A stretch of 64,000 nt of DNA from assembly GCA_001784175.1 (NCBI GenBank), contig MFPR01000011.1, positions 1-64,000 of the forward strand, in the 5' to 3' direction. Both the position numbers and the translations under genes were made by a program. Below, one piece after another: positions 48,320 through 57,426 of the stretch. Below the pieces are notes generated by a model. It saw nothing but the letters and a program-made list of their open reading frames with translations, did not search any database and was not told the DNA's origin. The DNA is from Candidatus Lindowbacteria bacterium RIFCSPLOWO2_12_FULL_62_27 (GTDB taxonomy: Bacteria > Lindowbacteria > 2-12-FULL-62-27). Each line of letters opens with the position of its first letter. The stretch's first letter is position 1.

Positions 48320-49237
48320 GTGAAGAAACGAAATCATTTTACACTGCGAGGGTCCATCGTCGCCATGATCACGCCGTTTCGCGAGGGGCGCGTGGACGAG
48401 GAGGCGATCCGGCGGATCGTCGAGTTTCAGATCAGGAACGGCACCGACGCGCTCCTGCCCTGCGGGACCACCGGGGAAAGCGCGACGCTGTCGCATGATG
48501 AGCACCGGCGCGTGGTCGAGCGGACGCACGAGTTTGCCCGCGGCCGGATTCCCGTCATCGCCGGCACCGGTTCGAACTCCACGGACGAAGCGGTCGAGTT
48601 GACGCGGCACGCTGCCGACACCGGCTGCGCCGCGGCCCTGCTCATCTGTCCGTATTACAACAAGCCGACCCAGAGTGGGCTGATCAAGCATTTTACCCGC
48701 GTGGCCGATGAGGTCGACATTCCGCAGGTCCTCTACAACATTCCCGGCCGCACCGGCGTGAACATGGCGCCGGAGACGATCGCGACGCTTGCCGAACATC
48801 CCCGGATCGTCGGCGTCAAGGAGGCCTCGGGCAACATGGCCCAGATCATGCAGCTCATGAGCCTCCTCCGAAGCCGACCCGCGCTCCGGAAAACGAATTT
48901 CTCGGTCGTGTCCGGCGATGACGCTCTGACCTTCTCGATCATGGCAGCCGGCGGAACCGGCGTGATATCGGCGACCGCAAACGTCGTGCCGAAACAAATC
49001 GCGGCCATCGTTCACCATTTTGCCGCCGGCCGCTTCGAGCAGTCGCGCCGGACTCAGCTTGATCTTCTGGAACTGATCGACGTGATGTTCATCGAGACCA
49101 ATCCGATCCCGGCCAAAACCGCCTGCGCCCTCATGGGGCTCTGCGGCCCCGAGTTCCGCCTGCCGCTCTGCGAGATGAGCGCGCCGCATCTCGACAAGCT
49201 CAAAAAGGTCTTGAAACAGTATCATGTCATCCGCTGA
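48320..49237 (+). CDS. dapA: 4-hydroxy-tetrahydrodipicolinate synthase
   Basis: GTTGE, PYYNKP, YNIPGRT, KEASG. Confidence 0.96.
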   Translation: MKKRNHFTLRGSIVAMITPFREGRVDEEAIRRIVEFQIRNGTDALLPCGTTGESATLSHDEHRRVVERTHEFARGRIPVIAGTGSNSTDEAVELTRHAADTGCAAALLICPYYNKPTQSGLIKHFTRVADEVDIPQVLYNIPGRTGVNMAPETIATLAEHPRIVGVKEASGNMAQIMQLMSLLRSRPALRKTNFSVVSGDDALTFSIMAAGGTGVISATANVVPKQIAAIVHHFAAGRFEQSRRTQLDLLELIDVMFIETNPIPAKTACALMGLCGPEFRLPLCEMSAPHLDKLKKVLKQYHVIR

Positions 49238-50039
49238 TAAAATTTGTGTCGGCGTCAACGGCGCCGCCGGGAAAATGGGCCGCCGACTCGTCGCCCTCAT
49301 CGTCGCCGGGCCCCGCTTCGCGCTCGCCGGCGCCTACGAACGCGCCGGCCACCCCGATCTCGGCAAGGACGTGGGCGTGGTCGTGGGCTGCGCAAAGACG
49401 GGCGTCACGCTCAAACCCCTCGATACCACCGACCGTGCCCTGCAGGTCCTCATCGATTTTTCCAGTCCCGAAGGCGCCGTCCACTGCGTTCAGACGGCTG
49501 CGGCGGCGTGCCGGCCGGCGGTGATCTGCTCCACGGGGATTTCGCCGGACTTGGAAAAGAAAATCCGGGCGGCGGCGAAAAAAATCGCCGTCGTCTACGC
49601 GCCCAACATGAGCCTCGGAATGAACCTGATGGTGTATCTCGCCGAACTCACTTCCAAATACCTGAGCGCGTCCTATGACGTCGAAATCGTCGAAGTTCAC
49701 CACCGGTTGAAAAAAGATGCGCCCTCCGGCAGCGCCCGCGCCCTCGCCGCCGCCGTGCAGTCCGGCCGCGGAGGAAAACTGGACGAAGTCTACGGCCGAT
49801 CCGGCGTCCCCGGCGAGCGCCCGCTCTCCGAAATGGGCGTGCTTGCAGTCCGCGGCGGCGACGTGGTCGGCGATCATACCGTCCATTTTCTGGGCTCGGG
49901 CGAGCGCCTGGAACTCACGCACCGCGCCTCGACCCGCGACACCTTCGCCGCCGGCGCGCTGCAGGCCGCCGAATGGGCGATCCGCGCCAAACCCGGCCTC
50001 TACGGGATGCGCGACGTGTTGGGGTTGCCGACCGCGTGA
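49224..50039 (+). CDS. dapB: 4-hydroxy-tetrahydrodipicolinate reductase
   Basis: GAAGKMG, EVHHRLKKDAPSG, GDVVGDH. Confidence 0.95.
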   Translation: MSSADKICVGVNGAAGKMGRRLVALIVAGPRFALAGAYERAGHPDLGKDVGVVVGCAKTGVTLKPLDTTDRALQVLIDFSSPEGAVHCVQTAAAACRPAVICSTGISPDLEKKIRAAAKKIAVVYAPNMSLGMNLMVYLAELTSKYLSASYDVEIVEVHHRLKKDAPSGSARALAAAVQSGRGGKLDEVYGRSGVPGERPLSEMGVLAVRGGDVVGDHTVHFLGSGERLELTHRASTRDTFAAGALQAAEWAIRAKPGLYGMRDVLGLPTA

Positions 50040-50947
50040 CGACATGGGCAAGGTTTCTGAAAGACGGCCGCGCAGTCTATGGAATTGTCGAAGGCGCCGC
50101 AATCCAGCCGGTATCTGGCCATCCGCTCGAAACGTACCGGCTCCTGGACGAGCGATATGATCTCCAATCTGTCCGGCTTCTGGCGCCTTTTGAAAGCTCC
50201 AAAATCATCGGCGTCGGACTCAACTACCGCGACCATATTTTTGAACTCGACCGCAAGGGTGTTCCTTCCAAAATCCCCGACGAGCCTGTCTTGTTTTTCA
50301 AATCTCCGTCCGCGCTCCTCGCGCCAGATGAGCCGATCGTCCTGCCGCCGCAGTCCCGGCGGGTCGAGTACGAGGCGGAGATCGGATTCTACGTCAAGCG
50401 CCGCGCCCGGCGCGTCTCAAAGGAAGAAGCGGCCGATTTTATTTTCGGTTACACCTGCGTCAACGATGTCACCGCCCGCGACCTGCAGCGAACCGACGTC
50501 CAGTGGACCCGGGCCAAATCCTTCGACACCTTCTGCCCGGCCGGCCCGGTGGTGGAAACCGAGTTCGACTGGTCCGGCGCCCGAATCGAAGGCCTTCTCA
50601 ACGGCCACGCTGTCCAGTCTTCAAAAGGCAGCGATATGATTTTCGATCCCCCGGCGCTCCTGTCCTACATCTCGCAGTGTTTCACGCTCGAACCGGGCGA
50701 TCTCGTGGCCACCGGCACGCCGGCCGGCGTGGGCCCGCTGCAGCCCGGCGACCGCTTCACCGTCCGGGTCGAAGGCATCGGCGAGCTGTCGAATCCGGTT
50801 CACCTCCTCTCCCCCCGCAGGGGGGAGAGGATTGAGGTGAGGGGGGTGGACGGCGTCGACCGAAACCTGCCACCCTCACCCCAACCCTCTCCCGCCAGAG
50901 GCGGGAGAGGGGGGATACTTGGACAGCCACAGCGGTGGACTCAATAA
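50036..50947 (+). CDS. Fumarylacetoacetate-hydrolase-family protein with a REP-derived C-terminal extension
   Basis: GLNYRDH, EYEAE, NDVTARD, KSFDTF, TGTPAGVG. Confidence 0.92.
   Translation: MTTWARFLKDGRAVYGIVEGAAIQPVSGHPLETYRLLDERYDLQSVRLLAPFESSKIIGVGLNYRDHIFELDRKGVPSKIPDEPVLFFKSPSALLAPDEPIVLPPQSRRVEYEAEIGFYVKRRARRVSKEEAADFIFGYTCVNDVTARDLQRTDVQWTRAKSFDTFCPAGPVVETEFDWSGARIEGLLNGHAVQSSKGSDMIFDPPALLSYISQCFTLEPGDLVATGTPAGVGPLQPGDRFTVRVEGIGELSNPVHLLSPRRGERIEVRGVDGVDRNLPPSPQPSPARGGRGGILGQPQRWTQ
50803..50916. repeat. Pair of inverted REP-like palindromes (REPIN-like doublet)
   Basis: CCTCTCCCCCC-GCA-GGGGGGAGAGG...GTGAGGG followed by CCCTCACC...CCCTCTCCCGCC-AGA-GGCGGGAGAGGG. Confidence 0.8.
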
Positions 50948-52182
50948 TGCCCAAATCCGTCGCTCGCAAAAAAACGCGCGCTGAGCCTGCAGCGCGTCGC
51001 AGCGCCTTCGCCCGCGCAGATCGCCTCAATGTCCTACCGCCCTACTTGTTCGCGGCGATCGACCGGAAAAAACGGGAGCTTCGGGAAAAGGGCGTCGACC
51101 TCATTGATCTCGGCATCGGCGATCCGGACATTCCGACCGCCCCGCATATCGTCGAGGCGCTGAAGGTCGCGGCCGGGCGGCCGGAGAACCATCGCTATCC
51201 GGCCTACGAGGGTATGCTGTCCTTTCGCGCCGCCGCCGCGAGCTGGTTCAAGAAACGGTTCGGCGTCGACCTCGATCCCAAAACGGAGGTCCTGTCGCTC
51301 ATCGGATCCAAAGAGGGCATCGGTCACATGGTGCTGGCCTTCTGCAACCCCGGCGATGTGGTGCTGGCCACCGAGCCGGGCTATCCGGTCTACAAAATCG
51401 GCACGATCTTTTCCGGCGGCCGCATGTACGAACTGCCGATCCTCGAGGAAAACAGCTTTTTGCCCGACCTCTCCCACATCCCGGCCGGAGTCCTTCGAAA
51501 GGCGAAACTTCTCTTCATCAATTATCCAAATAACCCAACCGGCGCGGTCGCGCCCATCGAATTTTTCGAAGAGGCCGTGGCCTTCTCCCGCAAGCATCGG
51601 ATCATTCTGTGCCACGACGCGGCCTACACCGAAGTCGTCTTTGACGGATACCGTTCGCCGTCCGCGCTCCAGGTGCCGGGCGCGAAGGACGTGACGATCG
51701 AGTTTCATTCGTTGTCCAAAACCTATTGCATGACGGGATGGCGCATTGGGTTCGCGGTCGGCCATCCGGACCTCGTCGCGGGGTTGGGCGCGATCAAAAC
51801 TAATCTCGATTCCGGCGTCTTTCAAGCCGTCCAGGAGGCCGGTATCGCCGCGCTCACGGGCGACCAGTCCCACACGGCCAAAAACAACGAGCGGGTCGGC
51901 CGCCGCCGCGACCTCCTCGTGCAGGCCCTGCGATCGGCCGGATGGCGGATCGATCCGCCCCGCGCCACCTACTACCTGTGGGTCCGCGTTCCCGGCCGCA
52001 TGTCGAGCGCCGACTGCGTCGACCGCCTGATGTCCGAGGCTGGCGTCGTCTGCACGCCGGGCAACGGCTTCGGCCCCAGCGGGGAGGGCTTCGTGCGCTT
52101 TTCCCTCACGGCCCCTGACGATCGCATCGCCGAGGCCGCGCGGCGCCTGTCCAAAATCCGGATCGCGGGACCGGCGAAGTGA
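50947..52182 (+). CDS. dapL: LL-diaminopimelate aminotransferase
   Basis: LPPYLFA, LIGSKEG, NYPNNPTG, SLSKTYCMTGWRIG; dap operon context. Confidence 0.85.
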   Translation: MPKSVARKKTRAEPAARRSAFARADRLNVLPPYLFAAIDRKKRELREKGVDLIDLGIGDPDIPTAPHIVEALKVAAGRPENHRYPAYEGMLSFRAAAASWFKKRFGVDLDPKTEVLSLIGSKEGIGHMVLAFCNPGDVVLATEPGYPVYKIGTIFSGGRMYELPILEENSFLPDLSHIPAGVLRKAKLLFINYPNNPTGAVAPIEFFEEAVAFSRKHRIILCHDAAYTEVVFDGYRSPSALQVPGAKDVTIEFHSLSKTYCMTGWRIGFAVGHPDLVAGLGAIKTNLDSGVFQAVQEAGIAALTGDQSHTAKNNERVGRRRDLLVQALRSAGWRIDPPRATYYLWVRVPGRMSSADCVDRLMSEAGVVCTPGNGFGPSGEGFVRFSLTAPDDRIAEAARRLSKIRIAGPAK

Positions 52183-52529
52183 AGCTTCGCGTGTCGGGAA
52201 TCCGGCTGGAGGCGGCGCACGCCGCGTACGAGTGGGAGCAGAAGCTCGGGACGACGCTGGAGGTCGACGTGGAGCTGGCCTACCGCCGCGCGCCGCAATC
52301 GGACCGGCTCGCGCAGGCGGTCCCGGTCGAAACCGTCGTCGACGCGGTCCACCGGATGTCTGCGCGCAAAACCTACACGATCCTCGAATCGCTCGCCGGC
52401 GACATTCTTTCAGCGCTCTGGAAATCGCACCGGTCCAAACTCGCGGAATTGGTTGTCCGCGTCCGGAAAATCCGCCCTGCGTCCGACCGCCGCATCGTTG
52501 GATACGAGGTCGAGGTCAGCAGAAAATGA
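52179..52529 (+). CDS. folB: Dihydroneopterin aldolase-like protein (divergent)
   Basis: H..YEWE, LEVDV, ILESLA, VRVRK; directly upstream of folK. Confidence 0.75.
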   Translation: MKLRVSGIRLEAAHAAYEWEQKLGTTLEVDVELAYRRAPQSDRLAQAVPVETVVDAVHRMSARKTYTILESLAGDILSALWKSHRSKLAELVVRVRKIRPASDRRIVGYEVEVSRK

Positions 52530-52996
52530 TGCGAACGTATCACCTCTCCCTCGGGTCCAACATGGGCGACCGCGCGTCGATCCTGCGTTCCGGCCTCGAC
52601 CGGCTGAAGGCCGTCGGGCAGGTGCGAAAGGTTTCTGCGTTCTATGAGACGAAGCCCTGGGGCAATCCAGACCAGGCCGATTTCCTGAACGCGGCGGCGG
52701 AATTTCAAACCGATCTTTTGCCGGAGGGACTGCTCGACACGATCAAGAAAATCGAAATGGAGGCCGGCCGCGATCTGACGGCAGAGCGTTGGGGACCCAG
52801 GCCGCTCGACATCGACATTCTCCTCCAAGGAACCCTCCGGCTCTCCACGCCGCGCCTGACCATTCCCCATCCGCATCTGGCCGACCGCGACTTCGTGCTG
52901 GCGCCTCTCTCTGAAATCGCACCCGAGGTCGAAGTACCTGGCACCGGCAAGACCGCCGCGGAACTTTGGGCCGGAAGGCAGGCGTCGGGACGATGA
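52526..52996 (+). CDS. folK: HPPK (6-hydroxymethyl-dihydropterin pyrophosphokinase)
   Basis: LSLGSNMG, RWGPRPLDIDIL, IPHP...RDFVL.PL. Confidence 0.95.
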   Translation: MMRTYHLSLGSNMGDRASILRSGLDRLKAVGQVRKVSAFYETKPWGNPDQADFLNAAAEFQTDLLPEGLLDTIKKIEMEAGRDLTAERWGPRPLDIDILLQGTLRLSTPRLTIPHPHLADRDFVLAPLSEIAPEVEVPGTGKTAAELWAGRQASGR

Positions 52997-53355
52997 CCAA
53001 ATGGGAACTCCTGAAAGACCTTGGCATCACCGACCGGCTCCTCAAATTCTGGGTCGCCTGGTACAAACTCCCCGTCAATCGCCGCGGCCGCGGGTCGACC
53101 TATCCCCTCGAAACCATCGAGCGGCTGCGGTGGATCAAACGCCTCGCCGACAGCCGGTACTTCACGATGCGTTTCGTGAGAGAACTCCTGCGCGCGTCCC
53201 AGGGCGGCGACCGCGCCGCCGTCGACGCCAGCCTGTCGCTCTGCCGCTCCGTCCTCAGCCGTCAGCCGATCCCGGCCGCCGCGCGGCCTTCCGGAGCGGC
53301 CGCCCCCGAGGTGGCCGCGCAGCCGCAAAAACGAATCGGAGACGATCTCCTATGA
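52993..53355 (+). CDS. Small MerR-like HTH protein
   Basis: LGITDRLLKFW...RGSTYP...IERLRWIKRL pattern; translationally coupled on both sides. Confidence 0.6.
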   Translation: MTKWELLKDLGITDRLLKFWVAWYKLPVNRRGRGSTYPLETIERLRWIKRLADSRYFTMRFVRELLRASQGGDRAAVDASLSLCRSVLSRQPIPAAARPSGAAAPEVAAQPQKRIGDDLL

Positions 53356-54194
53356 ATAGAAACCGACCCATCGGCATCTTCGACTCCGGACTCGGGGGAC
53401 TCACGGTCCTGAGGGCCTTCCGCGCAAAATTCGCCAACGAAGAGTTCATCTACTACGCCGATACCAGGCACGTGCCGTACGGGGAGAAATCCCCGGACGA
53501 GATTCGCGCGCTCGCCATGAACATCGTCGACTATCTGGTCCGCCGCAACGTCAAGATGATCGCCTTTGGATGCAACATCTCCTCGGCCGTGGCCCTCGAG
53601 GAGGCGCGGGAAAAATATCCGGACATCCCGATGGCAGGCCTGATTTCCCAGTCGCTGGCCGAAGAGGCGCGAAAGAACTCCGGCGGCAAGATCGGCGTGA
53701 TCGCCACCACCGCCACCGTGTCGACCGGCCGCTATCCACTCGTGCTCAAGTCCGGCGCGGAGAACATCGAGGTCTTCATGTGCGCCTGTCCCGTGTTCGT
53801 CCCGCTCATCGAGTCCGGCAAAACCGCCGGACCCGAGGTGGACGCCGCCGTCGAATCATCGATGGAGATGCTGGTCTCGGCCAGAATCGACACGCTGATC
53901 TACGGCTGTTCGCATTACCTGCTTCTTGAGGAGCCGATCCGCGCGTTTTTTCAACGACACGGCATGGCGCCCCGTCCGGTGGACCCCGCGCTCCCCCTGG
54001 TCGCCGACACCAAAGCGACTCTGCGCAAATCCAAAATCGACAACATCCGGCTCGGATCGGGCGTCACCAAATTCGTGGTCAGTGGGAGCAAGCCGTCCTT
54101 CAAGGAAAATCTTAGAAAACTCTCCACCCCCTTCTTCGAAAGCATGGTGTTCGCCCCCGCCGAAATGGATGAAGAACTCCATCCGATTCTCTAG
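53352..54194 (+). CDS. murI: Glutamate racemase
   Basis: IGIFDSGLGGLTV, PYGEK, catalytic GCN and GCSHY. Confidence 0.88.
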   Translation: MNRNRPIGIFDSGLGGLTVLRAFRAKFANEEFIYYADTRHVPYGEKSPDEIRALAMNIVDYLVRRNVKMIAFGCNISSAVALEEAREKYPDIPMAGLISQSLAEEARKNSGGKIGVIATTATVSTGRYPLVLKSGAENIEVFMCACPVFVPLIESGKTAGPEVDAAVESSMEMLVSARIDTLIYGCSHYLLLEEPIRAFFQRHGMAPRPVDPALPLVADTKATLRKSKIDNIRLGSGVTKFVVSGSKPSFKENLRKLSTPFFESMVFAPAEMDEELHPIL

Positions 54195-55548
54195 GGTTCT
54201 CTGTTTCGTCCCTCCGCTGGCGTCGGCCGTTCTCCTGTATTACAGCTTCGTCCCCGAATGGGGATTCCTGCTCGCGCATGTGGCGCTCGCGCCGCTGTTT
54301 GTTTCCATCCTGCGCGGATGCGGATTCGCGCCGGTCTGCATGTTTGGTTGCGTCTTCGCCGCCCTGTACTTTTCCTGGTTGACCGTCTTCAGCCCTTTGG
54401 CACCGATTTTGATGACGGCGCTACATGGATTCTGGCTGTGCGCCGGCCTCTGGACTGTCCTTCGGTTCCGGAGCGCCGATACTCCGTGGAAGACACTCAT
54501 CCTCGCCGGCGCCGGCTGGATCGCGTCCGAATGGCTCAGATCCTTCGGACCCTACGGCTACGAGTGGGGCGCACTCGGCTACTCGCAGTACGGGAGCCTC
54601 AAGCTGGCCGCCTACTCATCCATTGGCGGCGTGTGGCTTGTGTCGGCGATCGTGCTGGGGTCGAACGCGATCGTGACGGTCGGCTGGCTGAAGATGCGGC
54701 AGGACTGGATCGGCATCGCCACCCTCTATTGGGTCGCGCTCTGGGTTCTCTCCCCCTCGCACCATCTGTCCGGCGAAGCGCCCGCGGCGAAATCGTTCGC
54801 GCTGGTTCAGACCAACATCAGTCCCTGGCTCAAATCTCTCGAACGCGAGGCCGTCATGCAACAACAACTGGGCGATCTGGCCGTGGAAGCTGCGCGGTCG
54901 CCGGCGCAGAACGTCGTCCTTCCGGAAACCCTCTTCTCGACGGAGATTACCGGCATGCGCGGATTTCTGACCGAGGAGCCCCGCGCGCTTCTCATGGGCT
55001 TTCTCGCCCCCAGCGCCGACCGGCGACTGCTGGTGGGAGCGATCGAAAAGGACGACAGGGGATTCTACAACGCGGCGATCCTCTTCGACGGCCAGGGCGA
55101 GCGCATCGCGTCTTATCGAAAACGCCATCTGGTCCCCTTCGGCGAAACCATCCCGGGCCTCGAAAACGCCGATTGGGCTCGATCCCTTGGAGAGAAACTC
55201 GGCACGCCGTTTTTCTCCGCCGGCGACACCCACGCGCCGATCCTGTTCGGCCATGTCCCGGTGGCGGTCCTCGTCTGTTTCGAAGGCACGTTCTCGCGCC
55301 TCGTGGCCGAGTCCGCCGCCCACGCCCGGCTCATCCTCAACATCTCCAACGACGCATGGTCTGAAAGCGAATTCGGCCACGCCCAGCACGCACGGTTCCT
55401 CCGCTTCCGCGCCATCGAAACGGGCCTCCCGGTCCTCCGCGTCGGCAACAGCGGCCCCACGGCGCTCTTCGCCCCAAACGGCATAATCCTCTACGAAGCC
55501 CACCGCCCCACCCCTGCGGTCCTCGACCTCGACGCGTTCCGTAGCTGA
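54169..55548 (+). CDS. lnt: Apolipoprotein N-acyltransferase, copy 2
   Basis: EWLRS...WGALGYSQ, LPET, YRKRHLVPFGE, VCFE, NISNDAW, FRAIE. Confidence 0.9.
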   Translation: MKNSIRFSRVLCFVPPLASAVLLYYSFVPEWGFLLAHVALAPLFVSILRGCGFAPVCMFGCVFAALYFSWLTVFSPLAPILMTALHGFWLCAGLWTVLRFRSADTPWKTLILAGAGWIASEWLRSFGPYGYEWGALGYSQYGSLKLAAYSSIGGVWLVSAIVLGSNAIVTVGWLKMRQDWIGIATLYWVALWVLSPSHHLSGEAPAAKSFALVQTNISPWLKSLEREAVMQQQLGDLAVEAARSPAQNVVLPETLFSTEITGMRGFLTEEPRALLMGFLAPSADRRLLVGAIEKDDRGFYNAAILFDGQGERIASYRKRHLVPFGETIPGLENADWARSLGEKLGTPFFSAGDTHAPILFGHVPVAVLVCFEGTFSRLVAESAAHARLILNISNDAWSESEFGHAQHARFLRFRAIETGLPVLRVGNSGPTALFAPNGIILYEAHRPTPAVLDLDAFRS

Positions 55549-55880
55549 GTTTTCTGGGGATGGCGCCGTTTTGAAAAAATGGTGTGTTTTCCGTCAAAGC
55601 AGACCCGGAATCGGTCCAATCCCTGAAATCGACCGAGGAGCGGGGGGACGCGGCTGTCGGATGAGAAAACGACCCGCATCATGAACGCCATCGGCCCGAT
55701 TCGGCACGGGAGAGGTTTTTTGCAAAAATATCCGGCTGCGGATCCTCCGACGCCATGGGATTGGATCGGACGGCAATCTTCTTTCAAGGATATCCCCAGA
55801 ACTTTCGCCAGGTTGTGCGGCAGATACGTCAAATCCGCACCGCTGTCGACGATCACATCGATGTCCTGCCAGAACCCCGC
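55491..55880 (-). pseudogene. Retropepsin-like (clan AA) aspartyl protease fragment
   Basis: IVDSGAD motif, GVGG flap and LLGR; the N-terminus appears truncated. Confidence 0.6.
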
Positions 55881-55964
55881 CTTAAGGGACTCTACGACAA
55901 CCTGGGGAAGCGGCGGAAAATCCTGGTGACGGGCAGCGCGCGCCTGGATTTCTATCGCGGCTGA
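55881..55964 (+). pseudogene. Internal fragment of an AAA_14/DUF4143-type ATPase
   Basis: LKGLYDNLGKRRKILVTGSARLDFYR matches the post-Walker-B segment of that family. Confidence 0.55.
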
Positions 55965-56051
55965 TTTAGCTTCGGCAAGGATGAAAAACCCGTCCCTGCA
56001 AGCTAGAGTGGGCGACGTTTTTCAAATCGATCCAAGAAGAGGTGATTTGGC

Positions 56052-57311
56052 ATGAAAGCATCCGTCCGCAAGCGGACCCGAACGAACCCCAAACTGCCCG
56101 TGACCGTGCTGTCCGGTTTTTTGGGCGCCGGAAAAACCACGCTCCTCAATCATGTGTTGAACAATCGCGATGGCCTGCGCGTCGCGGTCATTGTGAACGA
56201 CATGAGCGAAGTGAACATTGACGCGGCGCTGATCCGGAAGGGGGAGGCGGCCGTGACCCGGCTGGATGAGCAGATGGTGACGATGACGAACAGCTGTATC
56301 TGCTGCACGATGCGTGAGGACCTCCTGAAGGAAGTGGCGAAACTCGCGCGGCAGGGGAAATTCGATTACCTGCTGGTGGAGTCGAGCGGGGTTTCGGAGC
56401 CGATGCCGGTGGCGGAGATATTCGACGTCCAGGATCGCGAGGGCAACCGGCTGGGGGACAGCGCCCGGCTGGACACGATGGTGACGGTGGTCGACGCGTA
56501 CCATTTCTGGAAGGACTATAATTCGAAGGAGGACCTGCGCGCGCGGGGGGTGAAGGTCGACAAAGACGACGACCGCAGTCCCGTGGATCTGTTGATCGAG
56601 CAGGTGGAATTCTGCAACGTGATCGTGCTGAACAAGACCGACCTCGTGACCGAGGATCAACTCAAGCGGCTCGAGGGGATTTTGTCCTCGTTGAACCCCG
56701 GCGCGAAACTCCTTCGCGCGGTGAACGCGAGCGTGCCCTTGGCCGAAATCCTGAATACGCGCCGGTACGACTATGAGCGGACCGCCCAGGGCGCCGGCTG
56801 GGTCAAGGCGCTGGAGGCCCACGAGGCCGGCGAACACGGACATGACCACCGGTCGATCGCCGAGAAGATCGGCATCAAGAGTTTTGTCTACAAAGCACGC
56901 CGGCCCTTTCATCCGGCCCGGCTGCGCGGGGTGGTGGAGTCGAGCTCGCTGGACAAGGCCATACGCACAAAAGGCTTTGTGTGGATGGCGTCCCATCACG
57001 ATGACTGCGGTCTCTGGAACCAGGCCGGCCGGCTCATGAAACTCGATCCCATCGGCCGCTGGTGGGCGGCGGTCCCGCAGTCCGGATGGCCGGACAACCC
57101 GGCGCTTCGAAAGGAGATCAAAAAAGACTGGGACATGATGCACGGCGACCGCAGGCAGGAGCTCGTGTTCATCGGAATTCAGATGGATTCGGCGTCGATC
57201 ATCGCGTCTCTCAACGGGGCACTTCTGACGGACGAGGAAATGCTGTTGGGCCCGGGCGGCTGGCGTGGATTCCCCAATCCCTTTGGATGGCCCGCCATAA
57301 TCCGCGCGTAG
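56052..57311 (+). CDS. COG0523 (CobW/ZigA/YciC) metallochaperone GTPase
   Basis: [30 protein letters not shown], His-rich linker and [11 protein letters not shown]. Confidence 0.93.
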   Translation: MKASVRKRTRTNPKLPVTVLSGFLGAGKTTLLNHVLNNRDGLRVAVIVNDMSEVNIDAALIRKGEAAVTRLDEQMVTMTNSCICCTMREDLLKEVAKLARQGKFDYLLVESSGVSEPMPVAEIFDVQDREGNRLGDSARLDTMVTVVDAYHFWKDYNSKEDLRARGVKVDKDDDRSPVDLLIEQVEFCNVIVLNKTDLVTEDQLKRLEGILSSLNPGAKLLRAVNASVPLAEILNTRRYDYERTAQGAGWVKALEAHEAGEHGHDHRSIAEKIGIKSFVYKARRPFHPARLRGVVESSSLDKAIRTKGFVWMASHHDDCGLWNQAGRLMKLDPIGRWWAAVPQSGWPDNPALRKEIKKDWDMMHGDRRQELVFIGIQMDSASIIASLNGALLTDEEMLLGPGGWRGFPNPFGWPAIIRA

Positions 57312-57426
57312 GACCGAAAATCAGGTGGAATATCATCCCTTGAACGGAGGGTAATCCCGAACCTCCAACCCACCAACCCAAAAAACGAATTAGAACTTTT
57401 CCGCCCCTTCTGCTAGTATCCCCGCC

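Noticed and set aside
55982-56024. Zur/Fur box upstream of the COG0523 gene
   Set aside because: TGAAAAAC...GTTTTTCA is an inverted pair, but the arms are too far apart for a Fur-family box.
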